Counted from the first letter of the whole stretch, positions 49,501-62,624 are shown. The stretch: DNA of 63,908 bases, filler included, from Neolecta irregularis DAH-3 (GCA_001929475.1; 5 parts of 5 records of this genome joined end to end with filler, not necessarily neighbours in it); one strand, 5' to 3'. Program-made: numbers and translations. The notes: generated from the letters alone by a model not told the origin.

Positions 49501-51532
49501 ATAGATCACCTTCTCGAAGGGACTGCTGACTGGCTTCGTCGAGACCATGTGATGAATTGATGAAATCGAGAATTCTACCCAATGAGATATAACAAGACCA
49601 TGTTGAAGATATTGAATCGAAAACAAATAATACTAATGTCAGTTACATTTAGAAGAAGCAATATACGAGTATTGCGCAGGTAGATGATCAATGCTAAGGA
49701 ACTAAACGCAATTGATACTCGAATGTGCGTTCTTTGAACTTGATGGGCATAGCTAAACATTGCCAATAACGCAACCCATGGCATCGCATTTCGGAAAATC
49801 GTGCACAATATAAATATCTTATTCCTATGCCAAAGGAAGCGTTCTTCGGCCTCTCGAACTGTCTTTACTTGGTCCATCGCCGAGGATTCTGAAGCAGTGA
49901 TTTTAGTGAAGCCGAGGTTTTGAATAAGTTTGGTAACAAGATCGATGCGGTTGATATTAACTTTACCCGGAGACATGTATCGGAAAAGAAATATCGTTGG
50001 AAGAAGAAGACCAACAAAGAGTATTGAAGAACCAATAAATGCAGCATTGAAGAGCAGTTTGTGGAGAAAGTAGATTGAAATTCCAATTTGGATTGGAGAG
50101 CTTATGGAGAGCTACGTGTTAGTATTAAACTCCTGCTTTGTGTTACGAGTAAAAGGTCTCGACAGTCAATGAGATTATTGATATCTTCATCAACAATAGC
50201 TAAGATAAGAACGGCGTTTGGAGAATGCCAAATACCTTGTTTTTCTTGTAAATCTTTGTTGGTCTGGTTCGAGATATTACTCCGCAAAATCTTTTCGTAA
50301 ACTTGAACAGACATAACAGTACGCAAGCGCGAAGAAAATCGATTTGTAAAGTAATAATACGTTCGGCTGCTATTAGCAAATGTCACATTTGTGTCGAAAT
50401 ACCTGAATATTCCATTAATGATTGGTCCTGCAAGAATTCCAGTGGCCCACAGGTAAGGGTTGGAGTGTGCGCCTCTTGGATTTTCAAGGTAAGCTAACAA
50501 ATAAGTAGATTACGCGCAACGAAAATATGATACCGAGTAGTCGATTCAAGGAAATAATAGAAACGAAACCACTGACAGAACAACCCAGCGCAAAGATGAA
50601 AGCAGCGGCAATAGTATCCTTTGTTCGTATGACGAAACACTTCAACAAGGTGTTTTGTGTCCTATCTTCACGAATTCGAAGATACATTTGCGCAGTATGT
50701 TCGTCATCTTGTGTAGGAGGAATCTCGCTCAAATCTGGGGTTCTCTTCCAACCTTTCCATAAAAAGGTTTCAATGTACCAAATACTTATAAACCGAGAGA
50801 AGGGATTGGAAAATTGTTCCGGATGAGGACGAACGATTGAATAAGTATGGCTTGGGGTCTACTTGTTAGCCACGGTACATAATGTAGAAATACCCAAATT
50901 CGAGGTGTTATCAATGGGATAAAATTAACTAAACAAACTAGCGAAAATTGAATCCACATCAAGATGCTCCCGGAGTGATGCCTGTGAATCTGAAAGAGAG
51001 GATATATATCCCTAAAGAGCATGTTGAACAGAGGCATTGTACCAAGTATTATGGCATGTCGATAAGCTTGTCGTCGATGTGGGTTTGGTATTAATGTCGC
51101 GGAATGAAGAAGAATGAGATATCCCTTGAAATATCAGTAGTTTTCGAGACATCAGGATACCCAAAATGCAGTTTCAATGGACCGTGCAAGAATATGTCTT
51201 GCAGGTTGCCAGCTCATTGCAGCATGCCATGTACTTATACCGTACAATACCAGAATGGCATTAGTCAATAGTATCGATAATAATAGTCCAAGCCCGCGCA
51301 AAATTTCTGGTTGTTCTCCCGTCTTGTGGTAGGTCAGAAATGTGTATGCGAAGATCAATATCGAGAAAGTCATTCCGAGAAGTGGCAATATGATGTTTGA
51401 GGCCCTGCAGCGGGTTAGGGCTGATTCCAACACATGGGGGAGCAATACCATACTACGTGTCCCCAGTGCACGCCTATCATGACTGGTGGAGGGAGCGGGT
51501 ACCGACCGAAGCGGTTTTGATGGACTGAGCAT
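46567..51532 (-). CDS. ABCC/MRP-family (Ybt1/Bpt1-like) transporter with degenerate nucleotide-binding motifs
   Basis: TMD-NBD-TMD-NBD layout. Motifs: GPVASGKST, QDPWLQDSSIRDNILFG, GVATIRAF, RWISARLD, WPVGGSVTIQELS and GSNFSLGQRQILSLSRALLRRSK. Confidence 0.9.
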
Positions 51533-52138
51533 TATTGCCGGATGCGGTGAGGGTGGTTGGTAGTGGTGGTCAAGATGAACAGGCAGTGCAAAATACGATG
51601 AAGGCATTGCAGCCCCGCCGTCTGGACGGGTGCAATGCGGGTATGCGACGATAGAACCGACAGGGATATGTAGAGTACGCACGGGTCGCATGCAACCTCT
51701 CGGTGCCATCGAGGCAGTGAAACTGCTGCAGCTTATGGCACACGGCGGCGGCGGCGGCAGATGAAACGGGCCGGCCGCTTCCGGGCCAGGGACGGGAGCG
51801 GCGGTGGCTGAGCAAATGTAATTTCGGCGCTGGAAGTAGGCAAGCCACCTGTGGCGCAAAGAGGCAGCTGGAGCCAGAGGCCAGCGCAGCAGCGCGGACG
51901 TGCGCAGCGGACGCCGCAGCGCAGGCGGGGCCGGCCGGGTTCTGCAGCGACTGGCTGTTTGGAGCGACGCGCGGTGTTGCGCCGCCAGGGGAGCGCGAGA
52001 GCGCCAGCACCGCCCGGGTTCGAGCCAGGCCGGCACAGTTCTGGGCAGCATTAATTACGCAGCTGATTACGCGGCCTATAAAGCCCGCCCTATTTCCCTC
52101 GCCCCTCCAACACCCTCCACCCCCCCCTCCCACCCGGC

Positions 52139-52622
52139 ATGTCTTCCACCATGGACCTGACCATCAAACTCGACAAGCCGGCAATATCCTTTCCCCTCAC
52201 CGTCCCTCTCTCCACCACCGTAGACAACCTGAAGCTCCAGATCTCCCTCAACATGCCCTCAAAGGCTCCTCCCCAGTCGATACGCATCATCCATTCCGGC
52301 ATTCTGCTCAAGGAGCCTGACCTCGTCTTGGCCGCTATCGGTATTGCTGACGGAGCCACCGTGTGCGCCTCGCAGAAAAAGAAATGCCATGCCGCGTCGT
52401 GTACCAACAGCCCGGCAATCATCGGCCAGTGTACTTACTGCGGCGGAAAATACTGCAATAAGCACCGTCTGCTGGAGGACCATGCTTGTGCCGGTCTACA
52501 AGACGTATCTTGCTGCTTATGCTTTTTATGCCAACATGATCTAGTGTAAACGTGAATCGCATAATCGTAACGCTGCCAAACTAAACTCGGAGTCGTGTAT
52601 CGCCTCCAAGATTGCTAGTTGA
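52139..52622 (+). CDS. Ubiquitin-like domain plus AN1-type zinc-finger protein (Tmc1/ZFAND-like)
   Basis: UBL (TVDNLK..I......IRIIHSGILL) and AN1 (CHAASC...IGQCTYCGGKYCNKHRLLEDHAC), then CKRESHNRNAAKL. Confidence 0.88.
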
Positions 52623-53149
52623 GCCTCGCACAAGGATTTCTAAATAATGCATTTTCTGGGTTGGGTGAACAAATGTCATGGTTACTTCATTTGGATGGTT
52701 TTTTCTCTATTGGCAATAATCTGCGTATTTGTAGGAGTTATTGGTTGTTCTAGAAAGTGAAGCTGTTATATGCTTTTCATATCAAGTGGTCTTATAATTC
52801 AATATTACATCTCAATGTCGTCAATCTTTTTCGGAGTTAACCAAGTATCGCATATAGTAGTGTCTAGGCTGCAAAAAAGGCAGAATTGCAAATAAATATA
52901 ATAATCATATCCAATATCAGGAAAATTACCTAGTGAGAGACAAGAGATGGTTGAGATGCGTCGGACAGGTCAGAGTGTCACGACAAGAAGAGGGGCATCG
53001 GAGATATCCGGGGCACTCGCCATGCATCAGAAACACGCGTAACTCATGCAAGTATTATTGAATCGATCACAAACTAATCGAGAACTTTACAAACAGGAAC
53101 TCTATGGGCCGAACAGGCAGTGTTGAACTCTGACGTTGGNNNNNNNNNN

Positions 53150-53279
53150 AGGCAGGCTTCGAGGACCGGCGAGCTGGAGCCAGACTGTTGCTTGCAGCGG
53201 CGAGAAAAACAATTATATCTACGTTCATGGATCAAGAGACTGGGCCAAGGGGCAGTTGAACTGGTTAGTCTGTGCCGTT
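53150..53279 (+). repeat. 130-bp mini-contig duplicating 38578-38706 (upstream of the G-alpha gene)
   Basis: Near-identical sequence (caattat versus caactat), flanked by N runs. Confidence 0.95.
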
Positions 53280-53379
53280 NNNNNNNNNNNNNNNNNNNNN
53301 NNNNNNNNNNNNNNNNNNNNNNNTTAATTAATTAANNNNNNNNNNNNNNNNNNNNNNNNNNNNNNNNNNNNNNNNNNNN
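53280..53379. other. Assembly gap with artificial linker
   Basis: N-TTAATTAATTAA-N. Confidence 0.98.
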
Positions 53380-54447
53380 GCTTGAATTGGTTCAGCCATT
53401 GTCACAGACAGCAAAAACACAAGGAACTAGAGAGACAGAGAGGATTTTATGTAGAAACGGAAAGGGGGTGGGACAAATATTTTAATTCTCATTTAGCCTG
53501 ATACATTCCAACTCAATACTTTGGCCTTTCAGTACCCTGATTCTCAATTTGTTTGGGGTTTTAACTTTCTAAAGCTCTTGTACACTGAAAACTTGTCAAT
53601 TGGCGCATCACTGGCCAATCTTGGCTTGTTCCGATTTCACATTCTGCGGACGGACAGAAAATGATATGTCGATGATAGATGATCTTCGGGATATGACACC
53701 ATTTAATTGATTTAGCTTGCAATTTCTGTATCGTGATCTGCGTGCAATAGGTATTTAAAGATTGAGCATTGGGGAATAGGTTTTTGCATGGTTAAAAGAA
53801 AAGTAGTGGAAGAGTGGTTTCTCGATTGTGCCATTACTTCTCTCTCTCACGCTCTTCAGTGTGTCTACATAATGTTACGAAATCACTACGGCCCCTAAAA
53901 CCCCGGGTGTCGTAAATGATGTGGATTTAGAATATTGTTTCTTTTTCCATTGCTATGTTAATGATTTCAAGACTTAAATTGCACACTAGCTCTTGTTTGT
54001 GGGACAAGGATTATTGCTGTTCCAATGATTGAAGGTATTCATGTGAACATCCCGGTAGCCTTGTGTCTAGACCTTGAGATGTATTCGATAATCCTGCAAG
54101 ATAGCAGCACAGAGTGTTAGGGCAGCAGAAAACCCAAGAAAATGAACATCGTGAATCACGCAGAAACTAGCGGATTATACTATGGATTGTTTCAAGTTCT
54201 AAAACGTAACCGGGCTATTTTCGTGCTTCTAAACTGAAATATCTTGGGATTTGATTAGGTTATTCTCATTTCCTTTTCTTCTATCTTTAGCATGTTTCTT
54301 CAAGCAAGTTGATCAAACGACCGTCAGGTTCAGCAAGGATACGATCATCTCCGGCGCTATGGATACGGCTGTGTGGTGAAGAATTCTGACGTCATCTCAC
54401 CTCTGTAAGCTATGCGCTTAGAACTACGATAAGACCAAGTGATATAA

Positions 54448-54546
54448 CTAGCCTAGGATGATGTACTTCATTGGGGGAACATATCTAGCCTAAGTAGATG
54501 TACTTCATGAGGGGGACATATCGAGCCTAAGTAGACGACGTACTTG
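54448..54546. repeat. Degenerate ~37-bp tandem repeat (about 2.6 copies)
   Basis: ctagcctaagtagatgtacttcat.....g.acatat repeated. Confidence 0.85.
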
Positions 54547-55773
54547 GCTAGGTATTCCCCATTCCCGGCTTGTTATTTTTAACAGTTTATATAGGTGCAA
54601 TCCAGAATTCACTAAATAACCAAAATTTCTAATATAAAATGATTTCTATCTGGCCATTTCTTTAGTTGGTGCAAGTATGTTGCCCACACCCATAAAGTTC
54701 ACGACGAATCGTCTGGATCACAGTGCCACGTGATCCACGACAAATCTAGCAGAGAGCAAAAGGCAATCATTCCAGTTATACAACCAACCAACGGTTTCTT
54801 TAACTGTAAGTGTTGTTTATATAGAAGTATCGTGACAGTGAACGCCAGCAAATCAAGCATTGTAGTAATCAGGTTGAAAATTTGTGTTCGAGAGGCCGCT
54901 TTTGATTCTTCTCTCAGATGAGATGGACAAGGATTCTACTCCGTTCCAGGGATATCCACGTCGATTATTACCAGGCCCTGGGAGAATGCCTGAGTCGTGG
55001 TCATTTCTCCCGGTTGACTCGTCGTAAGCCGGTTTAGGGAGAAAGCCAAAGTCCATGAAGTGGTAGGCACGCTAAGAACGCAAATTAACGCAGAATGAGG
55101 ATGTTGGTCGAGACAAGGGCAGTAATAGAAATTGGCAGACCGGCTGCGCTGCAGCAGAGTTTGCTTGCTCGTAATGGAATCAGATGTCGCGAGATAGTAC
55201 AGATCATAGGCAACAGTTCTGTGAGAATCAAGGGGGAATAAACTGATGCGACTAGTGGCAAACCCAAAGTAAATCTTTAGAAAGCTAATAATATGGCATC
55301 ATATTAGTGCAACGCGAGTAAAGCTAAAAGCATGGAGATTTTCGAGAAAACTTGAGATAGAACCATGAATGCATTGTTATTATTCCTCACTGTATACAAA
55401 CTGGAGCATAAATCCTGTTTCACTGTGACACTCGGTGTGGCCAACCACCCGCCGGCGGGTCGGGCGGGTGGTTCAGATTTCTCCGGCAGGCGGTTGTCTT
55501 ATTCCCGGCACAATATACTATTTACACCAAGCCTCATCAGCCTCCCTACCGTTTCCGTCTTTGGTAAGGATATATCCTTACAACCTCGCTCCTCAACTCT
55601 CGGGGAAGGTTCTAGCGTCCAACGCTCGGTAGTGGCCATATGATTACAAAGAGCCAGAGCTCATCATAGACCGATTTGAGCCTTGGCGATCCCCCAACCC
55701 AGTACTTCTACCGACATTCATCCCACGGGGATACGTAAAAGATATTCACTAGGATCTTGTATTAACACCAAAT

Positions 55774-56536
55774 ATGATGCCCGCGTCTCCGTCTCCCCGC
55801 ACCAGCCAGACTCAACGTTCTACTATCGCCCACTTTTATCCCCAAGATCCAATCCAAGTTCTTCTCGATCGGAACGACGCTTGGAGCAAACGAGTGACTG
55901 AAGCTCTTCCGTACGTCCCCTTCAAGATTCTAGATTTAAAATTAAAAAGTACATTTTTCTCATCTCAAGAACATACGCAAACTCCTTTTGTGCTTTGGCT
56001 CGGATGCTCGGATGCTCGTGTTCCAGAGACGAAGATCCTTGATTTACTTCCCGGTGAAGTATTTGTCCACCGGAATATCGCGAATATTATTCCTTTGGGA
56101 GATCAAAGCTCTCATAGCGTGATTCAATTCGCAGTAGACATACTTGGTGTTAAACATATCATTGTATGCGGTCATTATGGGTGTGGGGGAATCGCTGCAT
56201 CGTTGGCCTCGAAGAGATTGGGATCACCGATTGATGACTGGTTGAGGTAAACCTAATTTTCCTGGTTCGATATGAACGACTGCTAGGAACGTTGGAGATG
56301 TACGATCCGCACACCAAAAAGAACTGGACTCAATAAGCGATCCAACACTGAAAGCGCGAAGGCTTGTTGAATTAAACGTCATGGCTCAAGTTCGAAATGT
56401 ATTGAGAACTAGTACGGTTGTAGCTGCTCGAGAAGAAAGAGACTTGCAAGTACATGCCTGGGTCTATGATGTTGGATGTGGAAAATTAAAGGCATTGCAA
56501 ATTCCAACTAATCCCGAGGAAGAGAATTGCTGTTAG
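55774..56536 (+). CDS. NCE103: Beta-class carbonic anhydrase
   Basis: LWLGCSDARVPE, GEVFVHRNIAN, VCGHYGCGG, LVELNV and VHAWVYDV. Confidence 0.95.
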
Positions 56537-56640
56537 ATAACGTGTATCGATATCTGTAGTACATAAACCCAATCTCAGAAGAGTTGAGATAATCCTATAC
56601 TTGAATTCATGCTCTAAACGTCTCTGCCTAATTAAGGAAA

Positions 56641-59426
56641 TCATTTCCACCAAGTCAAGGCAGCTCTAAATCTTTCCTTCTCGTCTTCCGGTACATTCCA
56701 CTTATTAATCCGCTCCATTTGTCGTTGTAAACGTTTTGGTTCTTGTAGGATTTCCTTCACACCAGGGCTAACCACTGCAACAACCACTTTTTCTTCAGAT
56801 CGTGCTTGTGTTGCTGTATTACTTTCTTCAGGATCCCCCTCGACTGGTTTCCGGTAAACGATATTATCAATCGATTTACCCAATTGCATAGTTTGATAAT
56901 TCAACAGAGCAATATCAAATGCTAAATCCTGGATAACTTCATTTGCAATTTTCAAGTCGTGCCAAGTCGAGTTTGCAAAGGGTATTACAAATATAGCAAA
57001 CGCGGCGGTAATCCAAATAATGAATATCATGCTAATCACTCGTTTATACGAGACTCGTTGTTCAGTAAATTTTATGAATAGTTTTTCGCCGGGCGGGACG
57101 ACGTGGAATTGAGTTGGAAGCGACGATACCGGTTCGTTTAGACAAATGCTGGTTCCACTTAACGTCCCTAGAAACAGTTTAATATCAAACTAGTTTATTT
57201 TTTACCTGTGGGTAATTCGCAATTGACAAGGAGCTTGAGAATTGTCTTGTCCATGATTACTGGTAACTCTACCTTTTTTTCATTTTTCCGTGCCAGACAT
57301 ATAATTTCCACGTCGACTTGGTTATCTTGGATGAATATCTCTTGATCGGATATGGCATAGATACCAGACGACTCTCGGTACACTATATTGTCTCTATTTT
57401 TCCCATCAATCGACACCCATAAAATTTCAGAAAATGGAGGCAACGCGAATCGAAGAATTGGAGAATCGTCAAGAAGACAAGCGAGATCGAGATATGCATT
57501 GATAACAACAAATACCTCGTCGTCGTTATTCTTTTTGGCGAGATTAGCAGGACATTTATCGATTGTATAGCGAATGAGGCTAGTCACATTCTCGCTTATT
57601 TTCTTGCCCACAAATTCAATTTTTTCAGTGGAGAGGGTGAGGTTTTGCAGAGATGAAGCTGTGTTTTGACAGACATTTTTAAATGTCATTTCTTGGTGAT
57701 TTGAAGGTTCGATTTGTCGCCATTTATCTGTTGGGAGGAGTTTAACGTGGTAAGGAGGCGTAGAAATGTCAACACTCGAATAAACCGTGCCGGAAGTAGA
57801 TAAAATGATAGACGGAACAACAAGAGTATTGGTAAACGGAACTTGGAGCTTGACGTAAATTGGTTCCCAGATTGATTCATTCGACCGTTCAATTTCGAGG
57901 GTGCAGATATTTGATTCTGGAACTATTGTCTGCATCGAATTGTCAGCGTCAAGGAGATTATTAGTTTCTTTATCGAGCGGACGCAAGGATTTTCCTGGTT
58001 CCGAGATACACTCCCTGTCATCAATTGCACGGCTCTCTACTTCACTTCCAAGGGGAAGGGCAGTCCAAGATACAATTCCTTCACCGCCTACAAAAGTAAA
58101 CTCGACTTGTTCCGTGCATTTCACAACAAGTCGAACTGTAAGACGTTCTGTATCGCATATAATCGTTTCTCCGCGTCCAAGGAAATATACTTGATTAGAA
58201 ATCTTTGCGGTATTATTTTCGAGTTCGATTGAAGATTTAACATCGACACCTTCATCGCAATGCAACAGTTCAATTTCATCCCGTCTTTTCCAATCGAGAA
58301 TGAAATCAGAGATTTGTGGTAACGATACGAGTGCCGAGAATGTTCGTTCACTGACGTCGAGTTCCGATATCTGGGCACTTGCTTTAAATATCCAGTCCCC
58401 TGATTCTTCATCGTCGATTGATACTTTTAAATTGATGTTGTTTAATTCGGAAAAGATGTTTGCGAGACAAAGGGTTTTCCAGCCTTCGGTCTCCCAATTA
58501 TCAACGGGCATATCAAATGGAATTTGAACGAGACAAGTAGTTCCAGCGACCGAGTCATCTGAAAAGACAAGCTGTACATCGTTCTCTACCCTTTGAAAAA
58601 AATGCGGAGAGACAGTGAAAAATCCCGACATTCGTTCTCGATCAGTCATTGGAGAAGACTCGAATATTTCTGGCGGAGTCTCCTTTACCATGAACGGATC
58701 CGAATGTTTACGATCATGTCCATTGACCGATTGACTTCTAGTCAGACCCTGCGAATTCTTTAATATAGACCCCCGCTTGACGGGAGGAGCAGAAGGAGCT
58801 CTTGGTCGAGGTTTGAAAGAGAGCGGAGATTGAGCGCCAGTTGACGTTCCACCAAACTTTGAACTGGCAGTCTCCGCCGCCGGGCTTTTTATATCTTTGC
58901 GAAATCTATCCGTTGGACTTAATGATCGCGAACTTTGACGTAAAACCGGAGACATGCGATTGAACGAGCGTTCAGATAAACTGGAACTCGAACTCCCATC
59001 TGGCTTTTCAACGACTTTTTCCAAATCAGGAGCTGAGGGTAAGTATTGAAATAAAGAGCGGTACTTTGAACAGATGTTCTCTTCTCGACTAATGGAGAAA
59101 AAGAAGCTCTTCGAACAAGTGGTGATGATTCAGGGTCATTCGCAATCAGTAATGGAGCTTTGAAAATCCTTGCAGCGGGCGTATCTTCAAGAGCGTTACC
59201 AGCAGCGGTGATATTCGTAATTAAAGCATGTGAAAAATCACAAGTTGTATGATCGTTGAGATGTAAAAGCGTTTTTCTGGATGACGGTACAGCTGGGATC
59301 TGAATTGTAAACTAGAACGAATGGGGCTGAAGCAACCTTTGCATAGAATATAAAGGAGGCGATGGATGAGCCTGGGCGGATGGTTACATGGACATGGACA
59401 TCGTCAGCAGACAATTGGCAAGACAT
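56641..59426 (-). CDS. Large hypothetical protein with a C-terminal TM helix and short luminal/coiled tail (multi-exon)
   Basis: 609-codon ORF plus flanking ORFs joinable by short introns. TM segment ISMIFIIWITAAFAIFVIPF. Confidence 0.7.
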
Positions 59427-59721
59427 GGCGAAGGGAGCGATCTGGAAAAGGGACAAAATAAGGGAGTGATAGGGACAACGATTAGAGTTGCTACCACAGG
59501 ATTGTTTGAAGAGGCTAGCGTAATTTACATTCGTTAAAGATAGGAATTTGCCTGCATTTGTCCTACACCTGCACCACTTGCCTATATGAATTACCTGTGG
59601 TCTGAAGGTAATAGGCGGGCATCCGGTTCGATCCCGCAGATTGATCGCTACTCGGATCTCGTACTAAGGGCGGACCCGGAGATCTACCCTCGTATATTTA
59701 TTCCCGAACACAATGACCAAG

Positions 59722-61149
59722 TTACCTTTGCAGCGGGTCTTCAGGTCCCTTTCGAGAGGGAAAAGTGCCTCCTCCGGCAACAGCGCCTTCTGTAAATTGC
59801 AAGGGGGGCAATTCGATTGGCGGAAATTTTAGTTGTTCTCTGGATCCTGGACGAGGGAGGATAGGCGAGCAGGGGTGAGCAGGGAGAACAGCTCTTGCGG
59901 TGGTTGGACCTGGCGGCAAGGGGTAATAGTGTCTTGGCGAGCGAGGGAGGTGGGGTGGGTGGTAGTATTGGGATGGCGAATAGAAAGGCTGAGGCGGGAG
60001 AGCGTATGGCGGGGGGTAAGCGGGGTATGGAGCGTAGGCTACGGGCATTGGAGGGATTTGGGCTCGATAGGGGTCTGGATAGTGATGGTATGCGGGACCG
60101 GGCAAGTGTGCCGCGTACGGAGGCGGGCGTGTAGGGTCGGGGTATGCCGGGGAGGGCTGCAGGTACACTGGCGGATTTGGCGGAGCCAATCGAGATCGCG
60201 AGTAAGGGTGATCTTTTTAGTCAGCGAGGGGAAATTGAAGAGGTGTGCATTCAAAGTTTGATGGGTGTCGGGTGTGCCGCATTACGGGGGAGGAGTTGTA
60301 GGAGGGGAGGGACCGGGTGATCTGCGAGTGAGCGGCGTCTTCTGGAGGCAGATCGGGGGCTTCTATTCTCCTTCGCGGAAACCGGCTGTCTGACTTTCGT
60401 ATTCGCAGAAAGCGAACACCCTGATCGGAGAAGGAGCGAGAAAGGAAGGTTGATTCCGACATGCCTGGAAAGTTCTTTGCCGAATACACGGTAAAGGGCT
60501 GGGAGACTACGGACTGGACGTGTATGACCTCGTTACTGGAAAGGCGTTAGCCGGGGGCGGGGGATCACCGCAGCGCTCACTTTACGACTTCAAACAGGCT
60601 AAAGCTGAGGCGGAACTGGCCTTCGATCTTGATGGAGACGTCGCCAAAGATGAAAAAGCCGCCGTCTTGCGGGGTCAGGGCGGGAGGCACAGGGGCGGCA
60701 TACCAGAGTTGTCGACGTCCTTGAGCCTGTGGAGGGAGGAGACGATGGTGCCGGCGAGGGACTGGCAGGAGGGGACGGGGTGGGGCGTGCCGTCTTCGGC
60801 GTTGACGAGGTTTGCGCACATGAAGAAGTAGGGCGACTGGAGGTAGTTTCTGCGGTCAGCGGGACGGGGCGGGGGCGGGGGCGGGGCACTGAGCAAAGTC
60901 TGAGCCGTCCGCGACCTTGAGCTGGACGATGGGCGGCGGGTCGACGGGCCTGCGTTCTGCCGGTGAGCATGGAGGGGTTTGGGGTGCGAGACCTCGCTCC
61001 TTGACGGTGCAGACGCGGGCGCGCTCGGGCTGCTGGCGGATGGCGAGGTCGTAGGCGGGCCTCGCGGGTCAGCGGCAGGCAGCAGCGCAGGCGCACCTTT
61101 TGTCCGGCGCGCGCACCGGGTCCGGGCGGACAAAGTTGTAGCTGTTCAT
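59722..61149 (-). CDS. vosA: Velvet-domain regulator, VosA-like, with a Pro/Tyr-rich C-terminus
   Basis: [76 protein letters not shown] and [26 protein letters not shown]. Confidence 0.88.
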
Positions 61150-61172
61150 GCGGAGCCCTAGCCAGGGAGGGG

Positions 61173-61256
61173 AATGGATGAGAGAAGAGGTGGATGGTGG
61201 ATGAGAGGAGGTGGATGAGAGAAGAGGTGGATGGTGGATGAGAGGAGATGGATGGA
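61173..61256. repeat. Purine-rich simple repeat (GGATGAGAGAAGAGGT-like) running into a gap
   Basis: Seen directly, just upstream of the velvet ATG. Confidence 0.9.
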
Positions 61257-61356
61257 NNNNNNNNNNNNNNNNNNNNNNNNNNNNNNNNNNNNNNNNNNNN
61301 TTAATTAATTAANNNNNNNNNNNNNNNNNNNNNNNNNNNNNNNNNNNNNNNNNNNN
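61257..61356. other. Assembly gap with artificial linker
   Basis: N-TTAATTAATTAA-N. Confidence 0.98.
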
Positions 61357-62027
61357 GGGGGGGGGGACTTGGAGGAGCGATTGTTGCCGCAGCAATACGC
61401 AGGCCTGGTCGCCGCTGCCTTTTCCTTCAGTGTCTTTGTCTCGAGTGCCACCTTCCTTCTTCCACCACACCTGCAGGCCTAGCTCAAGGAAACGGACCAG
61501 TAGAAGGAGGACCGCCCGAACAGCGATTATGGAAATAAGAATTTGAAAAGATGATTTTGTAGTTAAATTATTGAGCGTAGGAAATAATGCGTAGATAGGC
61601 TGACCAGAAACGTGCTACATGCTCGAGTTTAGCAGTTGAACGGTGTGGTATGAGGGCGTCACCACGCCCTTTGCGCGCTTCCCGCTGTACTGCCTGCCAG
61701 CAGAGGCGGCGGCCCCAGGCCCGACAGCGCTGCCTCCGCCTACGCCGCTTCCTGCCGAGCCTGCCGTTGCCGCTGGTTGTCCCCCGTTCCTCCTGCACCA
61801 GAATTGTCCAACAAGTCTGTTGTGAGCGATGTTCCAAGGAAGCAAACTGGGACAAAGAGTCTGCTCTTCCGCCTGCTGAATATCTAGACAATCGCGATAA
61901 ATCTCCTAAACTCTTGTGAGGGTATCCTTCCATTTGCACGGACCCACATCGAAGCATTCAAACGCCAAGTTTCATTGGATATAGCAAGTAAGAAAACATT
62001 AAACATTTCACTGCTCTTGCAACAAGT

Positions 62028-62624
62028 TCACTCAGGTTTATGTCTTTTTGCTTCCGGATCTGTTTCCGATGCAGTCTTTCTCTTTTGGCCGGTTCCGCGC
62101 TTGTGAGTGTCTGTTTCTGAAGTCCCCACTTCCAGATCTCTGGAAACTGTTGTAATACTGACATCTCTGGTTAAGCCATTTTGAGAGCCTGTTTCTGAAG
62201 TCCCCAGAATACTCATTTTTTGAGAGTTAAAAATATTTGGTTCGAGATCTGCTTGACGAACTTTGTAAATCCATGATAATACAAATGTCATCATCTCCTC
62301 TATGGTCTTTGATGGAAGTGGGTTTTTGAACTGTCTCAGATCTGGACGCTCAATTGCGGTCGTAATGTGCCCGACCACTGCTATTGCCAATTTTCGGTGA
62401 AGCTCAGGCGGAGATAATTTGTCGCAGGTGAAATTGATAATCGAAAACCTCCTCATCCTAATGCCATCTAGCTCGCCATCTAGCAGCCGAAGGTTCGTTG
62501 TCCCTGGGGCAAGCTCAATTATCTTATCTGACAGCTTTTGGTATATTTCCCAAGCCTTATCTACCCTCTTTTCTGCTTGGGTAGCATCACCATCAGTTAT
62601 GTATGTGATCTCATCATGGGATGG
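62028..62624 (-). CDS. 3' part of a hypothetical protein truncated by a gap
   Basis: The reading frame appears open from the gap edge (SHDEITYITDG...) to the stop at 62028. No domain recognised. Confidence 0.5.
   Translation of the reverse strand, partial: PSHDEITYITDGDATQAEKRVDKAWEIYQKLSDKIIELAPGTTNLRLLDGELDGIRMRRFSIINFTCDKLSPPELHRKLAIAVVGHITTAIERPDLRQFKNPLPSKTIEEMMTFVLSWIYKVRQADLEPNIFNSQKMSILGTSETGSQNGLTRDVSITTVSRDLEVGTSETDTHKRGTGQKRKTASETDPEAKRHKPE

Noticed and set aside
51533-52133. Long ORFs upstream of the ABC transporter
   Set aside because: GC-rich divergent promoter region with few stops by composition; no domain seen.
53150-53279. Second copy of the G-alpha upstream region as a possible regulatory repeat
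   Set aside because: A tiny contig between N runs and nearly identical to the original; most likely a misplaced read or alternate haplotype.
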